This document shows, in pieces, positions 53,889 to 62,139 of a stretch of DNA of 62,139 bases (its first letter is position 1; the number at the start of each line of letters is the position of its first letter). Source of the stretch: a virus. Its lineage: Duplodnaviria > Caudoviricetes. Under the pieces are notes generated by a model. The model ran no database searches. It was not told the origin of the DNA and saw only the letters and a list, made by a program, of their open reading frames with translations. The position numbers and the translations under genes are program-made. The stretch covers positions 1 to 62,139 of IMG/VR virus record IMGVR_UViG_3300027976_000037; one strand, given 5' to 3'.

Positions 53889-54215
53889 GTCAATTACCGT
53901 CCCTCTAAAGAAGGGACGGCTTGACGTTGATTGACTGTCTCAACATCATATGGTCCATTGACACGGACCTGCCCATCGAGTGCTTTGCAACACGAGTTGG
54001 GGTGTTTGGAGTATTTTTGGAGAATGTTAATTGCCGCATTTATGTCTGCGTCAAGCACAACTCCATCACTCGCGATATACCTGCAACCTTGTCTTATTCC
54101 ACCAACTAAACCTCTATGGTCTAGTTGGTTTGTGTAAGCTGGGTTAACTGTTGCAACTTTTTTTCCATAAAGTTGTGCCTTGTATGTTAATATGGTTCTA
54201 ACCGCAAAAAACGGT
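53889..54215 (-). pseudogene. tnpB: 5'-truncated tnpB with intact right end
   Basis: Hand translation PFFAVRTILTYKAQLYGKKVATVNPAYT.Q...DADINAAINI...SLEGR*; end CAAG-hairpin-TAAT-TGAC|. Confidence 0.85.
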
Positions 54216-54296
54216 AAAGCCTCAATTAATGGAAAAATCGTTTACGACGGATAATAGTTCTTGACTTTTTACAAACAATACCACAGACTTACTGTA

Positions 54297-55454
54297 ATGA
54301 ATAAAACATTCCCAATCCTATACAAACGTACCGCAACTGGTGCAACTCAAATCTGGCGTGCCGAAGTCGAAGCTGACAAGTTTCGCGTGACTTCTGGACA
54401 GCTTGATGGCAAACAAGTTATGAGTTCGTGGACTGTCTGCGAAGGTAAGAATTTGGGCAAGGCCAATGAAACTTCCCCCCACGAACAAGCCGTTTCTGAG
54501 GCTCAATCAAAGTGGGACAAAAAGGCCAAAACTGGTTACACCCAAGACATTGAGAAAATTGATACTTGCACCAAGTATGTCAAGCCGATGCTTGCAAAGA
54601 AGTTGCTTGACCGATTGGATGAGATTGACTGGAAGAAGGGTGTTCTTGTCCAAAACAAGTTCAATGGCGTCCGATGTGTCGCTACGAGTGAAAGTGGAGT
54701 GGTTTTGCTGAAGAGTCGCCAAGGTGAGGTTTGGATTTCTGTTCCCCACATCAACAAGGACTTACAAAAGTTTTTCGCTAAATATCCGAACGCTGTTCTC
54801 GACGGAGAACTGTTCAACAACGAGTTGCGTGAACGCCTCAATGAATTGAACAGCATTGCCAGCAAGAAGAAACAAAAAGAACTCACACCCGAACTTTTGA
54901 AACAGAGTGAGGAAATGGTCCGGTTCTATGTCTACGATGGATATGATTTCGACGGTAAGACTGGTCCCAAGATTGGTTATGAGATTCGTAAGGATTGGAT
55001 TGACACTAGCCTGCCAAAGTTTTCCACCTATTTCCGCTCGGTCAAAACCGACTTGGTTCATTCGATGGCTGAGGTCGATGAGATTTTCTTTAAATACGTC
55101 GCTGACGGGCAAGAGGGCATTATCGTCCGCATCCCAAACAGCGCATACAAAAACAATCGTTCTTCGGATTTGCTAAAACACAAGCCCGTAGATTCAGATG
55201 AGGGTATAATCCTTTCTCTCAGTGAGGGAACGGGCAACTGGGCTGATACGGCTAAGACCGCCACTATAAAGTGGAAGGGTAAAGTTTTCGATGCTACGTT
55301 TAAGGGAAGTTACGCTCTCGGGGAAGAACGATTGAAGAATCCGACTCCTTGGATTAAGTTGAAGGTCACGTTCCTCTACAACGGATTGACCGGGCTTGGA
55401 ACACCGAACTTCGCTCGCATCGACCCCAACAATTGTTTCGTGTGTGATAGATAA
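54297..55454 (+). CDS. ATP-dependent DNA ligase
   Basis: PMLAK, KFNGVRC, LDGELF, EGIIVR and LLKHKP motifs; WGR-like N-terminus. Confidence 0.92.
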   Translation: MNKTFPILYKRTATGATQIWRAEVEADKFRVTSGQLDGKQVMSSWTVCEGKNLGKANETSPHEQAVSEAQSKWDKKAKTGYTQDIEKIDTCTKYVKPMLAKKLLDRLDEIDWKKGVLVQNKFNGVRCVATSESGVVLLKSRQGEVWISVPHINKDLQKFFAKYPNAVLDGELFNNELRERLNELNSIASKKKQKELTPELLKQSEEMVRFYVYDGYDFDGKTGPKIGYEIRKDWIDTSLPKFSTYFRSVKTDLVHSMAEVDEIFFKYVADGQEGIIVRIPNSAYKNNRSSDLLKHKPVDSDEGIILSLSEGTGNWADTAKTATIKWKGKVFDATFKGSYALGEERLKNPTPWIKLKVTFLYNGLTGLGTPNFARIDPNNCFVCDR

Positions 55455-55457
55455 ATT

Positions 55458-55661
55458 ATGAAAATTTCGAATACTAAAATGAAATACAATCGTGTAATCG
55501 ATTTTTGTTGGTGCTACGACGCCATAGCAGATTTTTGGACGGTGGAATACCGAATACACTATATTGCTTTCAAGTTGGCCGCGTGGTTCAGTCGAACATT
55601 TCGTGTGGCGTTAATTACCGTAAACTCGGCCCGCAACGCATATAACAAAAACATCATTTAA
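55458..55661 (+). CDS. hypothetical protein
   Basis: ORF in a run of small genes. Confidence 0.5.
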   Translation: MKISNTKMKYNRVIDFCWCYDAIADFWTVEYRIHYIAFKLAAWFSRTFRVALITVNSARNAYNKNII

Positions 55662-55668
55662 ACGAGCC

Positions 55669-56004
55669 ATGAAAAAACCCAAGTCACAAAAATTCGTATT
55701 TGAAATCTCCATCGATGCCATTCCACACACATCGGAAACGGTTGAATATGTCTTCGGCGGAAAATTTTATAACCCAGATTTTGGAATTCAAACTCATGCA
55801 AGTGAGAAAGTTTTCACGGTTCTGAATGACGCTCTGTGTGGGTTCCTTCACGCCGAACTCAAACACCTCGCCGAATGTAAATGTGAGGTTGAGGATATGA
55901 ATGAGAACCAAAAACGGTTTTATGATTATCTACATCGCAAAACTAAAAGTGCAGAAGTGGTCCGAGACTCCATGAAATTCGTTCGTTCCGAAGAAATCGA
56001 ATGA
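55669..56004 (+). CDS. hypothetical protein
   Basis: 111-aa ORF. Confidence 0.7.
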   Translation: MKKPKSQKFVFEISIDAIPHTSETVEYVFGGKFYNPDFGIQTHASEKVFTVLNDALCGFLHAELKHLAECKCEVEDMNENQKRFYDYLHRKTKSAEVVRDSMKFVRSEEIE

Positions 56005-56201
56005 TTCACGAATTTAAAAATCCCATACCCGTTGTTGTGGAAACCTCCAAAGAAGGCTACGCAATCTATGTTCGTGACGGCGGGACGTTTGAGAATGACA
56101 TTTGGTGCGTGACGTTGCGCGACGGCGGATACGTTAGACACTACCGAAGCGACCAAATAAAAATTCACGTTAATGCTACATTTGGTATTGACAAACACTA
56201 A
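56001..56201 (+). CDS. hypothetical phage protein
   Basis: Coupled ORF. Confidence 0.65.
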   Translation: MIHEFKNPIPVVVETSKEGYAIYVRDGGTFENDIWCVTLRDGGYVRHYRSDQIKIHVNATFGIDKH

Positions 56202-56221
56202 CACTAACTAATAATACCACC

Positions 56222-56551
56222 ATGAATGATAATACTCATATAGAAATGACCGACACCGCAATAACGGCCATGCTGAAAATGATTGAGGGAAACCCCGGTG
56301 CCGCCTCTGTTCTCAATCTAGCTTATCGCAATAATGTGCGTATTGACCCAGATAATGTGTTTGGAGAAATTGGCCCACTTTTTAGTTTGGATACGCTTGG
56401 TATCTACGGTTCGCGTATTTGGATGCTTTACAAAGACGTGTGTGGACAAGATATTACCAACTTTTTGGGAATTCTTCGAGCCAATCAACTTGGATTCTTG
56501 GCGGAATCTGACCTCTTGCTTGCCATAGACGGTGAGAAAGAGCTCTGGTGA
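56222..56551 (+). CDS. hypothetical phage protein
   Basis: EGNPGA...LD.LGIYGSRIW.LYKDVCG pattern. Confidence 0.75.
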   Translation: MNDNTHIEMTDTAITAMLKMIEGNPGAASVLNLAYRNNVRIDPDNVFGEIGPLFSLDTLGIYGSRIWMLYKDVCGQDITNFLGILRANQLGFLAESDLLLAIDGEKELW

Positions 56552-56609
56552 AGAAGGTAAAGGAAGAATTGTCAGACTTCGATAAAGCAACTCCGGTCAC
56601 ATAAACACA

Positions 56610-56912
56610 ATGAATATTATGAAAAAAATACTAATAGTTCCCGCATTTCGCGGCGAACTCCAGCCCCACGATAATTCGACGCTTTCACATATCAGACCAA
56701 GTCGCTCTATACTTGAGGCGCCCATTGTAATTGTGAAAGGAATTACACATTTTAAATGTATAAAAAATCGGTGGGGCAATTGTAGGGTAGATGAAACGGA
56801 AAAAATTCCGAATTTCCTTCTTACATCATATCTTATGAGATATGCTGAACATTTCACCAAGGAAGAATTGATGGAAATAATTGCGATAAAAAGCTTTGAT
56901 AATTTATGTTGA
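56610..56912 (+). CDS. hypothetical protein
   Basis: 100-aa ORF in strand-consistent run. Confidence 0.55.
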   Translation: MNIMKKILIVPAFRGELQPHDNSTLSHIRPSRSILEAPIVIVKGITHFKCIKNRWGNCRVDETEKIPNFLLTSYLMRYAEHFTKEELMEIIAIKSFDNLC

Positions 56913-56942
56913 CATATTATAAACAACTGTTAGATTAAGAGT

Positions 56943-57509
56943 ATGAAAATTGGATGGTCAAACTTTGCACTCAAACAAAACGAAAAGGGAAAGCACAGCA
57001 CCTTCACCGGTAAGCCAGATGCTCTCATTCGGCTTGTTAAGAAACACTGGAAGAAACGGGCCGCTGGTTCTGGTCGGACAGACTTGAGCAAGGTTGTTAT
57101 TGTTCCTATCGAGGAAACCAAGCTATATCGTTGGTTTTCATCCCCTTGGGCGAACATCGCCGATGTGTCTTATCTGAGAGCAAAGATAGTTCGTCGCCAA
57201 CCTCACGAAGACCCATACATTGAAGTGCATGGCCGTGGACCAAAGCTGCCTGTCAAATATGCCAAGGTGGTTCTGTATTCCGCCGAAGCGTTGCTTGAAA
57301 ACGACGGAGAACGTTCTGGAGATTTTGATTGGGAAATCGTTGCCATCCTCGCCGGACCTTGGGACAATGAACCTATGTCACCGCTGACAATGGCTCGTAA
57401 CTATCTACAAGAAGCTGGTGGAACCTACGCTCCATATACAGCAGAGCAATTCGCTGAGAGTATCTATTTCTGGAGTCAATTTACAAAAGTTACATCAAAT
57501 ACAAAATGA
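56943..57509 (+). CDS. DUF3228-like protein
   Basis: VVLYS..L...WEIVAI...EPM.PLTMARN...GG. Confidence 0.65.
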   Translation: MKIGWSNFALKQNEKGKHSTFTGKPDALIRLVKKHWKKRAAGSGRTDLSKVVIVPIEETKLYRWFSSPWANIADVSYLRAKIVRRQPHEDPYIEVHGRGPKLPVKYAKVVLYSAEALLENDGERSGDFDWEIVAILAGPWDNEPMSPLTMARNYLQEAGGTYAPYTAEQFAESIYFWSQFTKVTSNTK

Positions 57510-57748
57510 AAATCAAACTTATAATTTTGACCATGGCTGTCCTTCTGTCGTGTTCTTGCGCATACAAGAACGATATGAGTGATATACACATCGGCGACAG
57601 GGTTGTGGTTGAATTCACTCTTGGCAAGGTGGTAGAATTTACTGTGATGGACACAGTAGAAAATGGTACTTATATCAAAATCAAACCCGTGGACACAGAC
57701 GCATACTGGTTATCGTCCGATGTTGCGAAAATTACAAAAGTAAAATGA
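57506..57748 (+). CDS. small lipoprotein
   Basis: Signal peptide ending LLSCSC. Confidence 0.6.
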   Translation: MKIKLIILTMAVLLSCSCAYKNDMSDIHIGDRVVVEFTLGKVVEFTVMDTVENGTYIKIKPVDTDAYWLSSDVAKITKVK

Positions 57749-58221
57749 ATAAATTACTCACAGATTACTTTAAGGCCAGATGTGAACACGATACTCAATT
57801 GGACAATCTCAGCAAAGAAACCAATCGCGTAGTCGGATGCATTCTCAAGTCGTTTCGGCGAAGCCGACCGTCCACCGCATCCTGGTGGGCTTATGGTTGG
57901 TATGAGGGTGACCAGTACGGCCCGGTGCCGGAGAAACCGGATTTTCAGAATGATGTGTTTGGAATTTATATTTCAGAAGCTTGTGAGACTACCAGTCATA
58001 ATTATTCAGATGGTTTCCCTGTTATATTTTTTGATATGTCAGATAGTGAGATAATGTCTTATATCAAGAAGGAAAAAGAACAAGACGCTTTTGAGCAAGA
58101 GATTAAACGCTTGAAAGCGCGGAAAGCGAAAGAGGTAAAGAAAAATCAAATCAACTACTTAAAAAGTACGGCACTCGCCAAATTGACCGCTGAGGAACGA
58201 AGAGTTTTAAAACTTAACTAA
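57745..58221 (+). CDS. hypothetical protein
   Basis: C-terminal ALAKLT.EERRVL motif. Confidence 0.7.
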   Translation: MNKLLTDYFKARCEHDTQLDNLSKETNRVVGCILKSFRRSRPSTASWWAYGWYEGDQYGPVPEKPDFQNDVFGIYISEACETTSHNYSDGFPVIFFDMSDSEIMSYIKKEKEQDAFEQEIKRLKARKAKEVKKNQINYLKSTALAKLTAEERRVLKLN

Positions 58222-58229
58222 CTAAATAT

Positions 58230-58739
58230 ATGCAAACACTAGACACACGGGAACTGAGCAGCCGGCTCGACGAACTCAACGACTTGAAAACTAATCTTGA
58301 GAATGTTCGAGAGGAACTGGCTGAAATCAAGCAGGAGATTCAAGAAATTGAGGCTGAAATCGAATCCACCGATGAAATCGAATCCACCGATGAAATCGAA
58401 TCCTTGGAAAATGATCTTGAAGCCAAACAAACAGAGTTGGAAGAGAAAGAGACCGAGATTGAAGATGCGGAAGCAGAATTTGGTCCCGACGAAGAGACGG
58501 AGCTTGAAGAATTGGAATATATTGCTTCTGAAATTTCTGGGTTCTCTCAAGGCGAAATAATGATAACCGAGAGTGATTTTACGGAATATTGTCAAGAATT
58601 GTGTGAAGACATTGGCGATATTCCAAGAGATATTCCGGGCTATATTGTGATTGACTGGGATGCAACAGCGAACAACCTTCGTTCTGATTACAGCACTGTT
58701 AATTATCAAGGTGAAGAGTACCTCGTAAGGAATTGTTAA
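58230..58739 (+). CDS. highly acidic protein with ArdA-like C-terminus
   Basis: Very D/E-rich; F.EY..EL..D...IP....IDW.A.A..L..DY. Confidence 0.6.
   Translation: MQTLDTRELSSRLDELNDLKTNLENVREELAEIKQEIQEIEAEIESTDEIESTDEIESLENDLEAKQTELEEKETEIEDAEAEFGPDEETELEELEYIASEISGFSQGEIMITESDFTEYCQELCEDIGDIPRDIPGYIVIDWDATANNLRSDYSTVNYQGEEYLVRNC
58356..58403 (+). repeat. 18-bp in-frame tandem repeat (about 2.7 copies)
   Basis: GAAATCGAATCCACCGAT twice plus GAAATCGAATCC. Confidence 0.9.
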
Positions 58740-58946
58740 ACGTGAATTTTCAAAAAGACAAAACAGCTTTTATATGTTCGAGAAACCTCGCCACAACCCT
58801 CACAACTTTCCCACATCCGGTGGCTACACCAGCGATGAAGCGCGAGATAGTGCAATGACCGACGCCAAGTTGTTGTGACATTGCGTGGGTTCGCCAAGGT
58901 AAAGAAAACTCGGGCACGGCGTTAAACTTGAAGCGAAGAAAAGAAC

Positions 58947-59144
58947 ATGAAAAATAAAAAAGTAAAAAAACGTCCAACCGTTGTAAGTGTAATCGCTATG
59001 GACAGTTGGAATGGTCCTGAGGTATTGTTTGAAAAACGATTTGTCTACCGAGCAAACGCTCTAAAATATTGCAAAAAATTTAATTCTAAGAACACTCTGT
59101 CATACGTGCCGGAATGCTATGAGGTTGCTAAAATAAAAGAATGA
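58947..59144 (+). CDS. hypothetical protein
   Basis: 65-aa ORF. Confidence 0.55.
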   Translation: MKNKKVKKRPTVVSVIAMDSWNGPEVLFEKRFVYRANALKYCKKFNSKNTLSYVPECYEVAKIKE

Positions 59145-59273
59145 AGTCTCCTACAATAGCACAAATCATTGATGCGGCTGAAAGTGAATTGGAAAATGAA
59201 AACCGCGACCGCCGTTAATACCACGAAATATACTTGACCAAATCATCGTTTCAGTGTATATTGGTCGTATATT

Positions 59274-59957
59274 ATGATTAGAATTGTTGCATTTTCCGAT
59301 ACGCATGGAAGTCACATGGAAGTAAAGCTCCCAGAGGGAGACATACTCGTTTGTGCTGGCGACATATGTCCACACGGACAACTCAAGGACGTTGAAGCGT
59401 TTATCAATTGGTTTGGTGTTCATCCACACAAACACAAAGTGTTTATCGCTGGGAATCATGATCGGCCATTTGAAAGCGACCCCGGCGTTGTTGATACTAT
59501 ACTAAAAAACATGCCGGAAGGCATGCACTACTTGCAGGACAGCGGTGTTGAGTTGATGGGCCTTAAATTTTGGGGTAGTCCGGTCTCACCAAGATTTTTT
59601 AATTGGTCGTTTAACCGCGACCGGGGAGAAGATATCAAGCGTCATTGGGACATGATTCCGAATGACACCGACGTGCTCATTACACACGGGCCACCCTACG
59701 GCGTCTGTGACGAAGCCTACAGATTCGGTTCCAATGCCACCGAGAAGGTTGGTTGTAAGGATTTGCTCGATGTTTCTTTGCGAGTCGCTCCGAAACTACA
59801 CGTGTTTGGCCACATTCACTATTCCGGTGGCACATCGTGGGTTGCACCAAAAACCACGTATGCAAACGTCTCCGTGCTCAATGAGAATTACACCGTGGAA
59901 TACAAACCACAGGTTTTTGAGTTTGACTTTGAGAACAATGTTAGTATTGTAGATTAA
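59274..59957 (+). CDS. metallophosphoesterase (MPPED-like)
   Basis: SDTH, AGD, AGNHD, THGPP and FGHIH motifs. Confidence 0.9.
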   Translation: MIRIVAFSDTHGSHMEVKLPEGDILVCAGDICPHGQLKDVEAFINWFGVHPHKHKVFIAGNHDRPFESDPGVVDTILKNMPEGMHYLQDSGVELMGLKFWGSPVSPRFFNWSFNRDRGEDIKRHWDMIPNDTDVLITHGPPYGVCDEAYRFGSNATEKVGCKDLLDVSLRVAPKLHVFGHIHYSGGTSWVAPKTTYANVSVLNENYTVEYKPQVFEFDFENNVSIVD

Positions 59958-59959
59958 TT

Positions 59960-60706
59960 ATGAACGACGAACTAGACAAGAAACTCTGCGAGAAATACCC
60001 GAAGATATTTATAAATCGTAATGCTTCGATGGTGGAATCATGCATGCACTGGGGACTTGAGTGTGGAGACGGATGGTACGACACCATCGACTTAACGTGT
60101 GCGTCCGTGTCCGCAACGTATGAGACGTCGGTATCATTGACTAAACAACAGGCAAAAGAATTGGGTGTCACGCCAATAAAAGGGAAAAACGCGAAACCCC
60201 TTTGGTGGTGGCCAAGTGATAGACGCCCCCGACAAATCATTGGTGGGAAGTTTCAAAAGCTGTCCCCACATAAACCAAATCTACGGGAGATGCTTACCTA
60301 CCCGCCTAAGTTTGCGTGGCGCAAGGTAAAACATTTTTTGTTCCCAACGTGGACGATATATTCGCTACAAATTGACCCGCCGCAGGTCGTCGCCGACCAA
60401 GTTAAGGAAAAGTATGGCACGCTCCGATTTTATTATCACCTAGAATATGAAAACCGGTTTAGAGAGCTTGCATATGGTACAGATGCGATTCCAGAGGCAA
60501 CTAAAATTGCCGAAGCATACAATTCATACATCGGCGGTATAATCCACATGGCAGAAGTGCTTTCGGATAGGACGTGTGAAGTCACCGGCAAGACCGGAGA
60601 AATGCATGTCAGCGGCGGATGGTACCGCGCTCTTAACCGGGAATATGCCCAGTCAATCAAAGACCGAAAATGGATAGCAGTTGCAGATTTACCAAAGGAG
60701 GATTAA
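59960..60706 (+). CDS. hypothetical phage protein
   Basis: ECGDGW, QVKEKYGTLRFY and TCEVTG motifs. Confidence 0.8.
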   Translation: MNDELDKKLCEKYPKIFINRNASMVESCMHWGLECGDGWYDTIDLTCASVSATYETSVSLTKQQAKELGVTPIKGKNAKPLWWWPSDRRPRQIIGGKFQKLSPHKPNLREMLTYPPKFAWRKVKHFLFPTWTIYSLQIDPPQVVADQVKEKYGTLRFYYHLEYENRFRELAYGTDAIPEATKIAEAYNSYIGGIIHMAEVLSDRTCEVTGKTGEMHVSGGWYRALNREYAQSIKDRKWIAVADLPKED

Positions 60707-60711
60707 ACACA

Positions 60712-60915
60712 ATGACAATACCAAAAAAATACAAGATTGAGATGGAAGCATCTCGCAAGGCCGTCCTTGCGCGAAATAAGGCTGATGAGAAGATGTTTTT
60801 AAAACTGTGTAAAGAGTTAGACATCGACCCAGACTCAGTTGGAGGAAATGTGGTCTATGATTACATCTTCAACGATTACAAAAGTGGCGTTAAGTTTAAA
60901 TATACCACCGCATGA
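60712..60915 (+). CDS. hypothetical protein
   Basis: ORF with GGAGG upstream. Confidence 0.6.
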   Translation: MTIPKKYKIEMEASRKAVLARNKADEKMFLKLCKELDIDPDSVGGNVVYDYIFNDYKSGVKFKYTTA

Positions 60916-60996
60916 AAATTAAATTATGTTACCACACATTTATAATAAAACCCCATCTTACGCCGATTTGAAAGAATATAGAAAATCTAACAGACA

Positions 60997-61965
60997 ATGA
61001 TAAATGCTAAAATACTACTAGACTCAGTTAATCCGGTTGGAACCCGAATAACTACTTGGATACTAAAATATCCCAGATTTGTTCACTCGGAGGTGATGAA
61101 ACACCGCGTTTACTCACGTAATGTATCGTCTTCTCGATCAATTCCGGTTAAGAAAATGTTGGCCGATGTGAAAGAGAATCCAGCCACGCCGGTCTTTTGG
61201 GGTAAGAACCAAAGTGGAATGCAGTCGGTGGAGGAATTAGATGACATCAATGCAACTATCAAGGAATACTATAATGAACCTCTCAATGGGAGTTCTACCG
61301 CCGACAGTGTTAGATACATCACACCACGAGCAGCAGCAAAGAAGGCATGGCTCGCTGCGCGAGATAATGCGGTAAAATCCGTTGAGGCCATGTGTGAACT
61401 CAATTTGCATAAGCAAGTCGCCGTCCGGTTGCTTGAGCCATGGACGCACATTACAGTCCTACTAACGGGCACCGACTTTGAAAACTTCTTTGCGCTTCGT
61501 GCCCACAAAGACGCCCAACCCGAATTCCAAAAATTAGCTTATCTCATGTTGGACTTGTATCAGCAGAATGTGCCCGAAAAATTGGAGGCCGGTCAGTGGC
61601 ACATCCCATTCGGCGATACCATAGCATACAAGCGCATTTTTGAAACAAACTCTTGGATAGAAGAAACCGACGGAGCCGCGCTTAATTTGGGTGGTGATAT
61701 GGACTCAACCTTGCTTGAATATAAACTTAAAATCGCTACTGCTAGGTGCGCTCGTGTATCATATCTTACATTTGAAGGCAAGGACGATTACAACGCTGAT
61801 ATAACATTAGCAGACCAACTCGCTTCATCCGGCCATTGGAGCCCATTTGAACACTGTGCACAGGCTATGGATTCGTCACGGCCTTCCGGCAACTTCGTCG
61901 GATGGACACCAACACACCCCCACCATAAGGTGAAGCATTTAGGATACAATATGCGTAAGTTATAA
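60997..61965 (+). CDS. thyX: FAD-dependent thymidylate synthase-like protein
   Basis: PRFVHSEVMKHR..SRN..SSRSIP, RLLEPW, NFFALR...AQPE, ARCARVSY and HWSPFEH motifs. Confidence 0.85.
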   Translation: MINAKILLDSVNPVGTRITTWILKYPRFVHSEVMKHRVYSRNVSSSRSIPVKKMLADVKENPATPVFWGKNQSGMQSVEELDDINATIKEYYNEPLNGSSTADSVRYITPRAAAKKAWLAARDNAVKSVEAMCELNLHKQVAVRLLEPWTHITVLLTGTDFENFFALRAHKDAQPEFQKLAYLMLDLYQQNVPEKLEAGQWHIPFGDTIAYKRIFETNSWIEETDGAALNLGGDMDSTLLEYKLKIATARCARVSYLTFEGKDDYNADITLADQLASSGHWSPFEHCAQAMDSSRPSGNFVGWTPTHPHHKVKHLGYNMRKL

Positions 61966-61981
61966 CAGGTCTGCAGGCCTA

Positions 61982-62043
61982 GGAGTGGTTAGGTTAAAGT
62001 CGTGCGTAGTACAGACACAAGGTTCGAATCCTTGCACTCCACA
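61982..62043 (+). ncRNA. truncated tRNA/tmRNA-like element
   Basis: GGAGTG/CACTCC helix and CAAGG-TTCGAAT-CCTTG T-arm; no D or anticodon arm. Confidence 0.4.
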
Positions 62044-62139
62044 AAATGAGTTGGGTTTCCTAGTAGTAACGGTGTTAACCATGGTAAGTAAGCTACAAAA
62101 TTCTAGTAATAAGCGGTAGATGGATTCACCGCGACTCAT

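Noticed and set aside
21649-61781. Many 60-170 aa antisense or alternate-frame ORFs nested within long genes
   Set aside because: Shadow ORFs of well-supported CDSs with no independent signals.

Overview
This window is part of a large, AT-rich dsDNA (jumbo-type) bacteriophage genome; I found no rRNA and no CRISPR array. Bases 1-13,100 form an RNA island with about 24 tRNA genes, including four 8/4-type tRNA-Ser and a long-arm tRNA with a UAU anticodon. The island also has tRNA scaffolds carrying large inserts (one holds a complete second tRNA), a divergent RNase P RNA, a tmRNA plus a 48-nt tmRNA-like remnant, four unclassified structured RNAs, decayed homing endonucleases and a Mom-like DNA modifier. 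An intact IS200/IS605-family TnpB element with IS608-like ends sits at 859-2261, and three orphan end or omega-RNA modules lie at about 9.7, 10.6 and 53.9 kb. Bases 13-21 kb hold nucleotide and replication genes and a kinase-less TM/PAS/receiver operon. Bases 21-39.5 kb are a glycosyltransferase/methyltransferase cluster interrupted by a homing endonuclease and a Pif1 helicase. Bases 39.5-62 kb encode dUTPase, FecR-like proteins, GMP reductase, an Acb1-like 2H phosphoesterase, an SF2 helicase, a Thermotoga-type RNase Z, DNA ligase, an ArdA-like protein and ThyX. Many genes appear leaderless, following either sigma70-like or ATATTTATA promoters. All protein and RNA family calls come from motif recognition by eye; no searches or folding programs were run.
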